From Eledone cirrhosa (Eukaryota): a DNA stretch of 64,000 nt. Shown here in pieces: positions 12,625-27,265 of the stretch; the stretch's first letter is position 1, and each line of letters starts with the position of its first letter. The notes under the pieces were generated by a model that worked only from the letters and a program-made list of their open reading frames with translations, had not been told where the DNA came from and did not search any database. The stretch spans positions 40,052,001-40,116,000 of the forward strand of contig OZ024757.1 in assembly GCA_964016885.1 (NCBI GenBank), in the 5' to 3' direction. A program made the translations under genes and the position numbers.

Positions 12625-12945
12625 AAAAAAGTCGTAGGAGCAGGGTTCTCAAACACTCCTTCCAGCAGGTCCTGTCAGAAGCACAAGTCACCAATTGAAT
12701 TGATCCAGCTCGATCCCAAATTGTGAGCAGTCAAGCTCAAAGATGCTTACATATGTATATTTTTACATTTTTATTCTTTTTCGCCCTCTTATTCCTAAAA
12801 CCGTCGTGGGAGGCTAGAGTCCTCAATCACACTTTCCGGTAGGTTCTGCCAGAAGCAACCATCTCCAACCGACCCAAAGGCTGGATCCCTCAAGCGAGAC
12901 CAGCTAAGCTCATTGATGTTATCCTTCAATTGCAGACAGTTGCCT
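12625..12945 (-). mobile_element. Two short decayed RTE-clade LINE 3' ends
   Basis: Minus translation of 12800-12935 includes LKDNINELSWSRL...LEMVASGR, similar to the RTE ORF2 C-terminus and to the copies at 24895 and 49240. Confidence 0.6.
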
Positions 12946-13009
12946 TGTTACATGACACGCTGGGAGGAATATTTGTGGACTGTCTCCACAACCCTCTTAG
13001 GAATAATTG

Positions 13010-13325
13010 CATGAAGAAAAAGACACAGGAGACGAAGTAGGAGAAGAAGAAAACGAAGGAGAAGCAGAAGACGATGACGGAGATGAAGAAGAAAAAGTCG
13101 AAGAAGCAGAAGAAAGAGGAGACGAAAAGAGAAGAAGAAAAAGAAGACGAAAAGAAGAAGAAGAAAAAGAAGAAAAAGAAGAAGAAGAAGAAGAAGAAGA
13201 AGAAAAAGAAGACGAAGAAGACGAAAAAGAAAAAGAAGACAAAGAAGACAAAGAAGACGAAGAAGACGAAGAAGACGAAAAAGACGGAGAAAAGGAAGAA
13301 GGCGAAGACGAAAGCGAAGAAGATC
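13010..13325. repeat. Degenerate (GAA/GAC)n trinucleotide tract
   Basis: Directly visible; source of the poly-E/K/S ORFs. Confidence 0.9.
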
Positions 13326-13834
13326 TATAACATTTTGTTAATTTTGGGGTGATGGTCATTTTGTAAATGTTGCCAATAAAAAGATAAACTAAAAAATAAA
13401 AAAACACACACACTTAAGCTGACCACCCCAAAATATAACAATATCTGTTTCAACACGCGATTTCACATGAAGGATCTTACAAAACAATTATATGAACGTA
13501 ATCTATTAAGATTTGTTTTAACATAAATTAGTGTCAGTTTTTCCGTTTCTTTTATTTTAGCCATTACGGTCTAGTTTAAAGTTTAGTACAGACTTCAAGA
13601 GAGAAAACTGACAATAGAAAAGACGGGAAATACAAATAAACAGATTTATGTTCTTGTGTAAAAACACAAGGAAATAATGCAAATAAGCGATGGCTGTATT
13701 ATTCATATATATATGTACATTAGAGTATTTGATTATGAATGATATATCAATTGTAGTGACAGGTCTTCCTTCGTTGGTTGGTTCAACAGTGACATTACTG
13801 GCTGAACATTGCCAAAATATATTTCATGATATAG

Positions 13835-14530
13835 AAGCAATAACAGCAACAACAACAGCAACAACAACAACAGCGATATCAACACCACCAACACCACCAC
13901 CAACAGCAACAGCAACAGCAGATACAACACCAACACCACCTGCAACAACAACAGATACAACACCAATACCACCACCACCAGCAATAACAACAACAACAAC
14001 AGATACAGATACAGCAACAACAACAACCGCAACAACACCACCACCAAAAAGAACAACAGATACAACACCAACACCACCAACATCAGATACAACACCACCA
14101 CCACCAACAACATATACAACAACACCAATACCACCACCAACAACAACAGATACAACAACAATACCACCAACAACAACACCAACAACAACATATACAACAA
14201 CACCAATACCACCACCACCAACAACAGATACATCAACAATACCACCATCACCAACAACAACAGATACAACAACACCAACAACAGATACAACACCAATACC
14301 ACCACCGCCACCACCAACAACAACAGATACAACAACACCAATACCACCACCAACAACACCAACACCACCACCACCACCACCACCACCAGATACAACACCA
14401 ATACCACCACCAACAACAACAACATATACAACACCACCACCAACAACAACCACAACAACATATACAACACCACCACCAACAACAACCACAACAACATATA
14501 CAACACCACCACCAACAACAACACCAACAC
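13835..14530. repeat. Cryptic (ACA/CCA)n trinucleotide array with recurring GATACA/ATACCA/TATACA units
   Basis: Directly visible; open in several frames on both strands. Confidence 0.85.
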
Positions 14531-14779
14531 CGATGTTCTGCTTTAGTTGCCGACGTAATAAATTTTAAATTGATGACGTTATTTTATCTAAAACTCCATT
14601 GTTATAAAACTTTAGAAATAGAAAACTTTTTTACCTCCCGACAATATATATATATATCATAATACTTAATATTTTATTGTATTATATTATATTTATTACA
14701 TTTATTATATATATTTTTCAATTCGTAATGATTATTCAAATCTATATTTTCCCAGCTTTCAGTTATAGTAATCAGGTTT

Positions 14780-15410
<631 letters not shown>

Positions 15411-16658
15411 ATGTATCTGTTTGTAATTGTGTCTGTGTGTGTCTGTGTGTCTTCGTATTTAAAAGAGTTTTTCTGACATTTATTTCAACAAGTTGTGAAC
15501 ATTTCTGACAACTATTTCAAATATTTGAAATAAATTACATACACACACGGGTGTATGTGTGTGTGCTTTGTAAATATGTGTATGTAATGTGTGGATATGT
15601 GTATGTTGTATTTGAACAGGTAAATTGTGAAAGTGTGTGCGTGTTGTGCATGAGTATGTGTGACATGTGCGTATATGTGGTTGTGCATGAGGATGTGTGT
15701 GTGAGTATGTGTGTGGTGTATATGTATGGTGTATATGGCATATGATTATGTGTGTGTATTATGTATGTATGTGAATAGGTGTATGTGTGTGTGTGTGTGG
15801 TATATGTGTGCGTGGACATGTGAACAGGTTTATGTGTGTGTGAACATGTGTGTGTGGTGTGTGTGTGTCTGAACATGTTTGAGTGAACATATGTGTGTGA
15901 ACATGTGAATATGTGTGTGAACATGTGAATATGTGTGTGAACATGTGAACATTTGTGTGTACATGTGTGTGAACATGTGTGAGTGTGAACATGTGTGTAT
16001 AGTCATGTTGGTGGCTATGTGTGTAAATCTGTATATGACGAATTATTCGACAGTATGAACTAACCATTTCATACATAAACACCTACCACTATAAATAAAA
16101 GCCACGATATGAATTAATAGCTTTAAAACTAAGAAAAAACAAATGGCGTACTTATTTAAAATGAAGGACGTGTAAGAAATGTCATTAGTTTAGTCATATA
16201 AACAAACATTTTTATAAAATATATTCATAGAATATATTTTAAAAGACCAGATCTTTTTTCAAATAGCTTATGGCGATTTGTTAATTGAAAGTAAGAGAGA
16301 CAACTCGTACATGCTTAGATATATGTATGCATAGTGTCGTAACTGATTTCAAACAAAATATTTCTACCGTTATAAATATTTTCTTTCTCCGCTTCAATAT
16401 AGGTGGGGTTTGGTATTTCAACTGGTTGTATATATGCCTGTGTGTAAAGTGAGAGGGATGTGTGTTGTATACATCTGACCATTACTACACTAGGGCTTGA
16501 TGAACACAACCACAAGGATATGGTCCAAACGTGTAAGAGCCATTGTAGAGACACCGTGTTTCTAGGGCATTTTAAAAGCCTGGTTTAGCTGACTCAATCC
16601 CTCAAACCCCTTACCAAGTATGAATACAGCAGATTTCTTCCAGAGAAGGATAGACATT

Positions 16659-16693
<35 letters not shown>

Positions 16694-17531
16694 GAGAAAG
16701 TGAGGGAAGATATAGAGGAAGACTCGATCCCAGTACTAGACTGGTATTGTTTTACGACCTGGTATGGAAGAAAGGCAAAGTTAATATCTGAGGGATTTCT
16801 TGTAAAGTCATTTTTTTTGTTCTGTATATTGACAAATAAAATGTATTGTCTCAGGAATGCTACCACATAAAATACAATTTCTCTAGAGAGAGAGTAGCAA
16901 AATTTAATAAGCAGGGCGAAGGGGTTGAAATAAGAACAGGGTTAGGGTGAGAAAAAAAATCAGAAAAATTAATAAGCACTTGTGGGCGCGTGTGTTGTGG
17001 GAACGATTATTCGAGACCAGACAGGAATATATGTATATGGTAGTATATATTTAATGAACAAACTTTTGGTATGATAACTTATAGAACATTTCCAGGAGAT
17101 TTGCGTGGTAAGATAAAGATTTCAATAGATAAATATATAAATGAGATTTAAAGCAATGATGGAAACTTTAGATTGATGGTGTAGAGAGAGATGATGTATG
17201 TATCGGAAATATTACTGATAAAATGGCATATGGATTAATAGAGAAATCCGATCATGACTTCTGGATTAAAATGGCAGCCGGCCTCAATTGCATGTTTGAA
17301 TGAAATGTTAAAGACTCTATAAGATAGAATTAAGTACGTATATATATATATATGTATATATAATATATAATGTATATATAATATATATATATAATATATA
17401 TATATATATATGTCGGTAAAACTAACGACTTTTTTAAAGAAACTAAGACGTTTATATGTCTCAATTGTAAGAGTTCAGAACTAAAGATTAGCTTCAAGAG
17501 GAATAAAGGCAAATTCTGTTCTTGACTCTCT

Positions 17532-17619
<88 letters not shown>

Positions 17620-17694
17620 AAGTAAACGGAAACTGCAAACCTATCAACACGGGACAACGAAAAATTATATTTTAACACTTGATACAATAAGAAA

Positions 17695-17736
17695 AGATAA
17701 TTTATGTTTCGGACGCTATTCCTTCGTCAGAAGATA
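17695..17736 (-). ncRNA. Degenerate hammerhead motif
   Basis: Minus strand: CTGACGA-a-gga atagcg tcc-GAAA-ca-TA; core and stem II present, stems I and III poor. Confidence 0.35.
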
Positions 17737-19044
17737 GAATGAGAAATATATTGTATTGCTGTAAACACAGCATATCACCCGGTCCAGCAATAGAATTTGT
17801 AACCACACGATTGCGAAGCAAAATCTCTAACCACTAAGACATGCACCTTTAGGTTTGAGTTAGTTGTTTATTTTTTTCATCTCCAGTTTCTTATTGACAG
17901 ACCAAATAACAATGGAAGTTACTAACCACCGAAACTGGCTGTAATATCCCCATAGGTTAACATGAATATATGTATTCGAGAACAAACAGCTTTGTTTTTC
18001 AAGCTAACCTACACATCCTGTTTTGACATATTCCATTGAAAATTCTATTTTAAGAAGAATATACACGATATTATTACCACCACCACCACCACTACTACTA
18101 TTACTACTATTACTACTATTACCATCATTATTATTGTTATTATTATTACTATTATTTTTTATTCTATTATTCATTTGACTTGTTATATTTTATCTACTAT
18201 TCTGTTTTCCAGATTTTTGAAATAGAAATTGTAGATTGAATGACATGCCTTTTGTTAGCCACGTGATTATCATTGGTACTATTGTAGTAGTAGTAGTTAT
18301 GATAGTAGTAGTGTTGGTAGTAGTAGTAATAGTAGTAGTAGTTAATAGTTTCCCACGATTTTTGTTGTTGCATTCACGGAGCATGATATTTAAGCTAATA
18401 TATGTTTTAATATGCAGCATGTGTAGAAAGAGGCCTTTAGCAATATCTTCTCCACACGCAACAGGAGTCAAGATATAAAATTTCCTATTCCTGTCATTAG
18501 TGGCTTCAGCACAAAGAAATGGAACGAACAATAAAGAATACTTGTGAAATAACAGTTATCGTATTGCTGATGAGAAGAAAATCTCTGAATCTGCTGCCAA
18601 ATTTTGATGTTTGGCAGTAATTCCAGTTATTCCAAAAATCTGGTTTCCGTCATCTGTGGCCAGATCAGGCAGTAAATTGGTTTAGACTCGATATATCTTA
18701 CAGATGTAATAAAGAATTCCTTCCTCCGTTCACAACCATACATCAGTGTAAAAATATTCACTAGGGAAATGTTGCTTCCTTCCCAACACCGCTCAACTAT
18801 ATCTGGTTAGTGACCCATCAAAATAACTATCATATCTAACAAACTGTACTACAGAAGACAGAAGAAGCCTGCTTGTAAATAAGTCAATACGTGGTTAGCT
18901 TGCTAGAAACAAGAGCGAAACAACACTCAAAAATCAAACCTAGGTGTATCAGAAGATAAAGTGAAAGGATGATCAGTGTAGTTCAGAAACAGACACAATG
19001 TAAAGAAGGGATGTTTTCCTCTCGGTGAGTTATAAGCCTCATTA

Positions 19045-19222
19045 TTAGGGCAGAATCGGTAGAGGGTGGGACGCCATGCTTTGCAGCATAGAGTTACGCC
19101 CCCTTACGGACTGAGTTCAAATCCCGCCGAGATTAACTTTGCCTTTCATCCTTACGGGGTCGATAAAATAAAGTACCAGTAATGCACTGGGGTAATTGCT
19201 GGCCTTGTAGAAACAATTATTA
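19045..19222 (+). mobile_element. SINE family 1 copy, well conserved
   Basis: gagttcaaatcccgccgagattaactttgcctttcatccttacggggtcgataaaataaagtaccagtaatgcactgggg. Confidence 0.85.
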
Positions 19223-20279
19223 GACTACATCTTTCTGTTTCTATTTCAATTCTAAACATCACACCGGCCGCATTCTAAACATACTTCTATATATATATAT
19301 ATAAGCATATACATGTGTGCATGTATTATTTGACCAGATTAAAACTTTCCGAGGTTGCATTTCTTATCTATTCATATAATAAATATTGGTTTTACACTTG
19401 CATTATCATGTCCTCTCTGGATTTTGGTCTTTTGAAAAGAGTGTATGTGTATATATATGGAACTATGGAAAGTATTGAATGATTGCTAGTGTTAGTGTAG
19501 ATGCTGGAGTGAGTTGTGAAATAACTAGTTATATTGGCAGTATAATATTATGTCTTTGTTATAGTGCCTGTCAAAGACACATTGTTACATGTATCCCAGT
19601 TGAAAGTAGTAAGTTTTAACTGTGAATAGTTATTAATGTGTTAGGAAATGTTATATGAGATATGTTGCTCTCGTAATCCATTGGGAAATAGAGCTTTTGT
19701 GTAACATCGGAACAGAAATTTGTTTATTACTTGCGAAAGGTTTCTGACGTAAAATAATTTTTCCATTGTATTTAGACGGTATGTCTAAATTAGTTTCATT
19801 TAAATAAAAAATAAACGCGATCTTTCCTTTCAATTTTATCTTTGTCAACTAACAAAATAAGCAACAGACTTACATGAAGCTATAAAATACAAGTGTAAAG
19901 AAGGTTAAATTCAAACAAAGAAGCGTTTCACCAATAAACTATAGATAACAGTGGAGAAAATGTTAGAACATTAATTCTTTTTGTAAAAAAAAAAGGTAAT
20001 AAAATTACTAGTTGTAAAGAGAGTGCATTCCATGTGAGTCAAGAGAAATAAATATCAATATTTCGGGTTGTCCCCTTCTGCAAGATAGTAGACAGACAAT
20101 TCAAAAGATACAAAATGAAGTTTTGTATTTTAGACGCCATAGTGAAAACTCTAGAAAGATACATGACTTATTAGAAAGAAGTCGCGTAAGGTTTGTAGTT
20201 CGATTGATAAGTTGTGTGCAAACAATTTGGCTTATATAACAATTTTCTCCAACTATTGGCTAAATGACACTAACTTTAT

Positions 20280-21077
20280 TCCCCACTGTAATCAGCAACT
20301 ACAGCGATTAGATTGACACCAGTGCATTACTGGTACTTTATTGTATCGACCCCAAAACCATGAAAGGCAAAGCTAAGCTCGGCTGGATTTAAACTCAGAA
20401 CGTAAGTTTGTAGTTAAATAACAGAAATATCGTCCCCCACGAGCATCAACAACTGTTCTACCCCAGTGTATTACTGGTACTTAATGTTAACGACCCCAAA
20501 ACGATGAAAGGCAAAGCTAAGCTCGAAAGGTTTCGAACTCAGAATGTTTGGAGATGTAACTAAGCCATGAAGCTTAACTAACTCATCTCCCACTACCATC
20601 AAAATCTTCATGAATTAGTTCTACCTCAGTGCATTACTGGTACTTTATTTTACAGGCCCGGTAAACATGAGAGGCAAATCAAACCTCGGCTGGATTATGG
20701 GTAAATAATGATTTCTAGTATAGGCATACGGCCAGTAATTTGGGTGGGAGGGGAAAGTCGATTAAATCGACTCCAGTACGTTACTGGTGCTTTATTTTAT
20801 CGACCCCGTAAGGATGAAAGGCAAAGTTAACCTCGGCGGGATTTGAACTCAGACCGTAAAGGACCGTAACTCCATGCTGAAAAGCATGGTGTCCGACTCT
20901 CTACCGATACTGACATCTCCCACTACCATCAAAATCTTCAATTAGTTCTATAGCAGTACATTACTGGTACTTTATTTTATCGACCTCATAAGGATGAAAA
21001 GCAAAGTTAATCCCGGCTGGATTGTGGTTTAATAATAACAATAACTTCCTCCTCTACTACCATCAAAATCTTCATCA
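20280..21077 (-). mobile_element. Head-to-tail array of five full or partial SINE family 1 copies
   Basis: The core ttactggt(a/g)ctt recurs at ~20327, 20471, 20634, 20781 and 20961; the linker ctcccactaccatcaaaatcttca recurs three times. Confidence 0.85.
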
Positions 21078-21984
21078 ATTAAACAAGCCAGCTTTTATTA
21101 ATTAAAAAAAAATAAACAGTAGCCAAGAAATTAATTACTGGACTTCAGCAAATTCTAAAATAAATGTATTGACTGTAATGGTGATTTGTATGAAAACCGT
21201 TAATAAAATTAATAGTTGTTTAAAATTACGAATGTAATTCAAAAGTCGTGTTATGTTACAATTCAATGTTAGTTTCAGAACAGAAGTCCACACATTAACT
21301 ATTTATCTCATTTCGTTGTTAATGGACAATCTGGATGTCATGAATTTCACATTAATAATAATGATGATGATGATAGTAATTATAACCATTAGAATAATAA
21401 TAAGGATAGCAAAAATATAATAATATTGATGATGATCAGGAGGATAATAATAATTGTAATAACAGCAACAACTACGATAACTACAACAACAACAACAACA
21501 GTAACTTCAACAGCAACCATAATAACAACAACGTCATCAACAACAACAATAACAACAACAGCTATAACAAAAATAACAAAAATAATAACAACGTCAACAA
21601 CAACAACACAACAACTATAACAACAATAACAACAACACTATAACAAAAATAACAAAAACAACAATGACAACGACACCTATACCAACTATATATTGGACAA
21701 AGACAATAACAACGACGACAATACAATTAATAACAACAACAATAACAATTCACATTAACAACAATAATAATAATAATAATAATAATAATGGTGGTAAAAT
21801 AATTGAATATAATGAGAATAATCATAAAAAGATTAAAGAATGTTCGTAAATAACTAATCAGAGATTTTAATTAAAACATTTGTAGAAATCAGGAAGACTA
21901 ACGAAGAAGAATATAAATATATCCAAACTATTTCGTCGTTTATTCTGATTAAACGACGAACACTTTCAATATTCTCTGTCTTCG

Positions 21985-22300
21985 TTTTAGGCTTTATTGA
22001 AAACTAGGTGTATACCCGGTGTTGCACAGGCTGAAAAGTACTTCTATAGGGAAAGGTTCCTCGCGCTAATGATGTAATTGCTTTTAGGCTTTATTGAAAT
22101 CTAGGTGTATACTCGGTGTTGTTCCGGCTGAAATTTTCCACAGGATGAAAAGTAGATCTATATGGACAGGATATTCAAGCTAATGAAGCCCTTGCTTTAA
22201 GGCTTTATTGAAAACTTAGTGTATACCTGGTGTTGCTCAGGCTGAAAAGTACATTTATATGGATAAAATTCTCGCGTTAGTGATGCCCTTGCGTTTAGGC
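21985..22300 (-). repeat. Three tandem ~97-115-bp units, each with a Helitron-like 3' terminus
   Basis: Unit ttttaggctttattgaaaaCTAGgtgtatacccggtgttgcacaggctgaaaagta...; on the minus strand a GC-rich imperfect hairpin lies ~7 nt before CTAG|T. Confidence 0.6.
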
Positions 22301-22439
22301 GTTAACTGTACTCGTTGAACATTGTAACCGCTAACAATCAAAACATTTGTATCCGTTCCATTTTTTACCCCCACCAGTCAACATACATCTATCCGTTTCA
22401 CTTCTAGTCTTCACGACGTCACTAGCCAAATTATACAAC

Positions 22440-22740
22440 TATGCCACCTCACGGCAATATTGGAAAACAGGGACGGACTGCTATCGACCCGATTTTCCGA
22501 AAGAGGTCAGCTGTCCGGGGTTTGAGGACGCCGCAAGTCTCGACGGTGACTGGATAAAGAGGAAGTGGCTGGACGAGTTCTGGTATTCGCTTAACATCCT
22601 CTCCCCTGCATTGTGAGCCACAGTACCACGATTTGTGGCCGAGAAGACTAAGTTGGTAGTGGAGTACGTGTCAGAGCACGTCGCATACAAGATGAAAGAT
22701 TTACCTCCTTTGAAAGGGGAAACTTGTCTGGTGTTTTAAT
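22440..22740 (+). pseudogene. GC-richer decayed coding-like fragment of unknown (probably transposon) origin
   Basis: One frame runs ~100 codons with a single internal TGA (22614-22616): ...DGDWIKRKWLDEFWYSLNILSPAL*ATVPRFVAEKTKLVVEYVSEHVAYKMKDLPPLKGETCLVF*. Confidence 0.3.
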
Positions 22741-23649
22741 CAGGTTGAGCGACGATATGGTCCTCCATTGTTAGATATGGAAAACAATGTTAATATACTG
22801 CAGTAAATATATACGCGTTCCGCTTACTGAAAGTAATTCCTCAAGTGATATGTCATCTCTACAGAATATATTCCCTCACTTTATAATTATCTTCGTCTTT
22901 CACTAACTTTTACTTGTCTATATTTCGTTTTGTTGTCGTTCTTATTGTTGCTTTTTCTTAATAATTTCTATGAATGGGATATCTATCAACATCAATAAAT
23001 GGTAATGGACGAAATCCGAAGCAAAAGAAAGCGTAAAGAATATAAGATATGACAATACAAAACGTGCTTATGTAGTTACTAGAGATACACTTCTAAAGTT
23101 TCCGCTCTGCAGAAACTAGATTATTTTCCGTATAAACTCTGGGTTTTTTTCTCTTTCTTTGTAATCTCTCGAGTCCAGTGTTCACCTAGGAACGAATCCA
23201 AATTGTCTTTATGTACTGACAGAAATCTTACTACGACCATTATGCATCATTTATGCTCGGCATCAAATCAACAATTACATTTATCCTTTATTCAAAATTT
23301 ACGAAATGAAAGGCACATAAACTGAGATTTATTATTTCAGCAACATCAATGCCGTTTAATAATTGATACGTCTAAGGTTAACAGGTCAATCGGAATATGT
23401 TATTCATTTAAAACACCACTGAAAAAGTTGGTTGATCTAACTATTGTTGAAAGTCTTTCTCGGGGGCTATAGATGTATTATATTCTCGCCAATCATATAT
23501 TCTGAGTTCACTCTCATTCCATTAAAACTGTACGTTATGCATTTTGTTATAAGACTTCAACTTTATTCCTGTCCTACTTATTTGGCAGGCACATTGTTAC
23601 TACACGCATGCGCAATATTCTGAGCATATGTGTATGTGTGCTTGTGCAG

Positions 23650-23970
23650 GCCGGCGAATTGGCAGAGTGGTTAGAAAGTCTGATAGAATTCTTTGTGGTA
23701 TTTGTTTCGGTTTTCCTCTCTCTGGGTTCAAGTGCCACCGAGGTCAACATTGTCTTTCATACAGTTGACGTTGATAAATAGAGTACCAGTCTAATACTGG
23801 GGTTGATACTTCCTTCGAGGTCACCTTTGCCTTTCATTCATTCGGGACTGATAAAAAAGTACACATTTAATACTGGGGTCGATATTTCCTCCTAGGTCAC
23901 CTTTATATTTCATCAATTCGGAGTCGATAAAAAAAGTACCAGTGTAGTACTGGGTTGATTCTTCCTCTAC
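23650..23970 (+). mobile_element. SINE family 1 related copy with triplicated core
   Basis: Head ggcgaattggcagagtggttaga; the block aggtca(a/c)c...tttcat...gataaa...agtac...tactggg occurs three times. Confidence 0.7.
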
Positions 23971-24603
23971 TTTAAACCTCTCTCTCTCACTTTCTACCCT
24001 TCTCCGGAAGAAATCTTCTCTAGTCAGGTCTGGAGTGGGCAAGGTTTCTACCAGGTTTCAAAGATGCCATAAAAACGTCTTATGTCAATACAACTCTCCT
24101 ACAACTCTCTCGAGATTTAGCGGGGGACCATACACCCATACATGTGTGTGTATGTGTACGGCCTTTTACAAATGCCGCTCAGTATTGTTTCTCATACACG
24201 TTAATGTTATTAGTACTTAGCATATTTTTATAACATATAGCTACATATTTCTGAAATAAATACTCCATTTCACATATATTTAGAAAATAGATAAATATTA
24301 GATATTTGCAGTTATTAATTAGAAAGAAATGAAAAACATAAATCTAATGACACATCTACAATTACTAGTCTAGCACTGACTGATATTAACAATGACACAA
24401 GCTATCAATAATTTTTGGAAAAAATTGTTTCAAATTTCCTCCCCTTCCCCCCTCGTTAGTGAATTATAGAAAAGATGTCAAATCTATATTTATTGCATAT
24501 AGCCAATGAGTTATGTTAGTATTTTCAACTTATTTCAAAATTAATAATTAACTTCAGAATTAGTATTTATCTTAAAAGAAATTTGTTTAATCCCCATGAA
24601 GTA

Positions 24604-24838
24604 CAGGGTGGGCCAGAATTCATCACTCGCTTGTTAGTTATATTTCTGAACATATTTTTTTTCCTAAATTTGATTGACCATGGCACATCTTTTACTAAGC
24701 TTGGAAAAACGTGTTCAATAAGTGAGATTATTTGCTGAAACAAACATCACTGAAGCCTGCAGAGTAATGGAAGCAAATTATGGACCACCAGCACCTACGA
24801 GAAAGACTGAAGTGAGTCATGAATTCTGGCCCACCCTG
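24604..24838. mobile_element. Tc1/mariner-type MITE, 235 bp
   Basis: Perfect 20-bp TIRs cagggtgggccagaattcat / atgaattctggcccaccctg with TA target-site duplication at 24602-24603 and 24839-24840. Confidence 0.9.
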
Positions 24839-24894
24839 TATATTAGATGCTCTCTTTATTCCTTTTCTTATTTTCCTTTTTCGACTAATTATTC

Positions 24895-25100
24895 CCGAGA
24901 GGGTCGTGGTGGGGGTACAGTCTACAAATACACCTTCCAGTGGGTCCGGGTTGTGTCAGAAACAACCATCTCCAACTATTTCAAGCGAGACAAACCAATC
25001 TCATGGATGTTATCCAACCATCTCCCTCGCGGTCTAAACCTAGATCTCTTGCCGCTTGGTTTTACCCGTAAAATTCGTCCAACAAACAATCGCTGGAAAG
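24895..25100 (-). mobile_element. RTE-clade LINE 3' end, decayed
   Basis: Minus translation ILRVKPSGKRSRFRPRGRWLDNIHEIGLSRLK*LEMVVSD resembles the RTE C-terminal motif GKRxRGRPRxRWxD. Confidence 0.75.
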
Positions 25101-25438
25101 GTTTTAATTTATTATCCACAGAGACAAATATACATCGTCATTGTTAAATATCCAGTGGTAGGGTTCACTATTTAACCATTTCATTTCTGTATTTATGAAG
25201 AATTGCATTGCTTATGATTTTCAATAAATGTTGATATGAATCAAGAATTGTGAGATATTTTTAAAGATCTTTCACGTTGAAATGTGTACAAGTTAAAGCA
25301 AAGGGGTTTCTATCGCAGAATCACAGCTTCTTTCAAGCAGTGCGATAGCAAAAGAGATAAATTCAATATGATTTCGTATTTGATATCCGTCTATTCATAG
25401 AATACTTAAAACTATGAGTAAGATAAATTTAGCTACAC

Positions 25439-25488
<50 letters not shown>

Positions 25489-25489
25489 T

Positions 25490-25548
25490 CAAATCCGCAT
25501 GTGAAACATTTGTTCTCGGTATGGTGAACTAACTGTTCTGGAAATACT
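25490..25548 (+). mobile_element. Fragment of hammerhead family D (3' half)
   Basis: gtGAAAcatttgTTctcggtatggtgaactaactg matches the arms of the 60845-60987 fold-back; sits between microsatellites. Confidence 0.7.
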
Positions 25549-25568
25549 TCTCTCTCTCTCTCTTTCTT

Positions 25569-25621
<53 letters not shown>

Positions 25622-26145
25622 GTTTGTATATATATATATATATATATGTTTGTATATATATATAAATGTTTGTATATATATATATATATAAATGTTTGTA
25701 TATATATATATATATATATATGTTTGTATATATATATAAATGTTTGTATATATATATATATATACACAAACATATGTATTTGTATATACAAACATGTATG
25801 TGTGTGTGTGTTTGTATGAACATACTAAGACCGTCATGGTACAAGTTAGAGTTAACTTTACAGATTAAAAAAAAAAAACTGAACGTATACGCACTGACAA
25901 CAACTTACACGTTCAGAGGTAAGTTTAGAGCTATTTCTATATTTATTTTTCCCACTGTCTCTATAAATAGAAGCTTTACATGTAAAAACTAGAAAATGTT
26001 ATCACGAATAACGTTAAGATTAACTAGATTAGAAGTTGACATTCGTTTTTCCTTTGTACTCCTAGATATAAATATATAATACATATAGATAATATATATA
26101 GACACACAGCCACACACAGACAACTCACATACACCTTTGTGTGCA

Positions 26146-26185
<40 letters not shown>

Positions 26186-26342
26186 TATATGCACACACAC
26201 ACACACACGGAATATACATATACACAGACACACACATATATATCCCAATAGATATATACATACCCTGGCATAATCACGTATGTAAACATGTTCCTATACA
26301 TGGACATATTAAATTATATGACACTTCAAATACGTACGAAGA

Positions 26343-26383
<41 letters not shown>

Positions 26384-26433
26384 GCACACGCATATATATA
26401 TATCAATATATATATTCATATACATATATATCA

Positions 26434-26465
<32 letters not shown>

Positions 26466-26544
26466 TTACATACATATATACATTTAAATTTGTATATATA
26501 TGTGTGTATGCGCGCGCATGCGTGTGCGTGTGTATGCCTCTCTC

Positions 26545-26588
<44 letters not shown>

Positions 26589-26970
26589 GTATATATGTAT
26601 ATATGCTTGAGGTCTTATTAGTGTGTCTGTGAATGTGATATGAATGTGTTTCTATACACAAAATATTGGAAATAAATAATCTATCTATAAATAATCAAAC
26701 TTGAATGAATCAAAGGGGTGGGGTGGGGGGTCACACATATCTCGAAGCTGGAATGTAGTTAAAGTTTTAGATGTTTTTGACCCTGCCACATCTAATCCAA
26801 TCTTCTCCACACCATCCGCCGCCCTAGCGTTCTTGGCGTGTATGTGAATAGTAGTCATGTTTATTTCATATATATAGAGCTACGTATATACATACATACA
26901 TAATACATACATATATATATGTATATTGAGAGAGCTACGTATGTATATATACATATATATAGAGAGCTAC

Positions 26971-27022
<52 letters not shown>

Positions 27023-27221
27023 TGAGAGAGCTACGTATGTATATATACATACATACAAAGAGGGTGAGTGTGAAAAAGAGAGAGGGGTAGAGAAAGTCAG
27101 TAGTCAGTATGCGAGAAAGTAAAGGAGGGAGAGAAGGTGGACAAGAGAAAAGAAAAAGAGTTGGAACCAGAGAGACGAACAAGTTTAATTAATAATTATT
27201 AAATCATAATTCATCCACAAG

Positions 27222-27265
<44 letters not shown>

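Noticed and set aside
12997-13413. Poly-Glu/Lys/Ser ORFs
   Set aside because: Degenerate GAA repeat open in multiple frames.
18340-18680. Minus-strand frame of ~110 codons with one stop, and CTGATGA at ~18567
   Set aside because: No recognisable homology; the hammerhead lacks a correctly placed GAAA and pairing stems.
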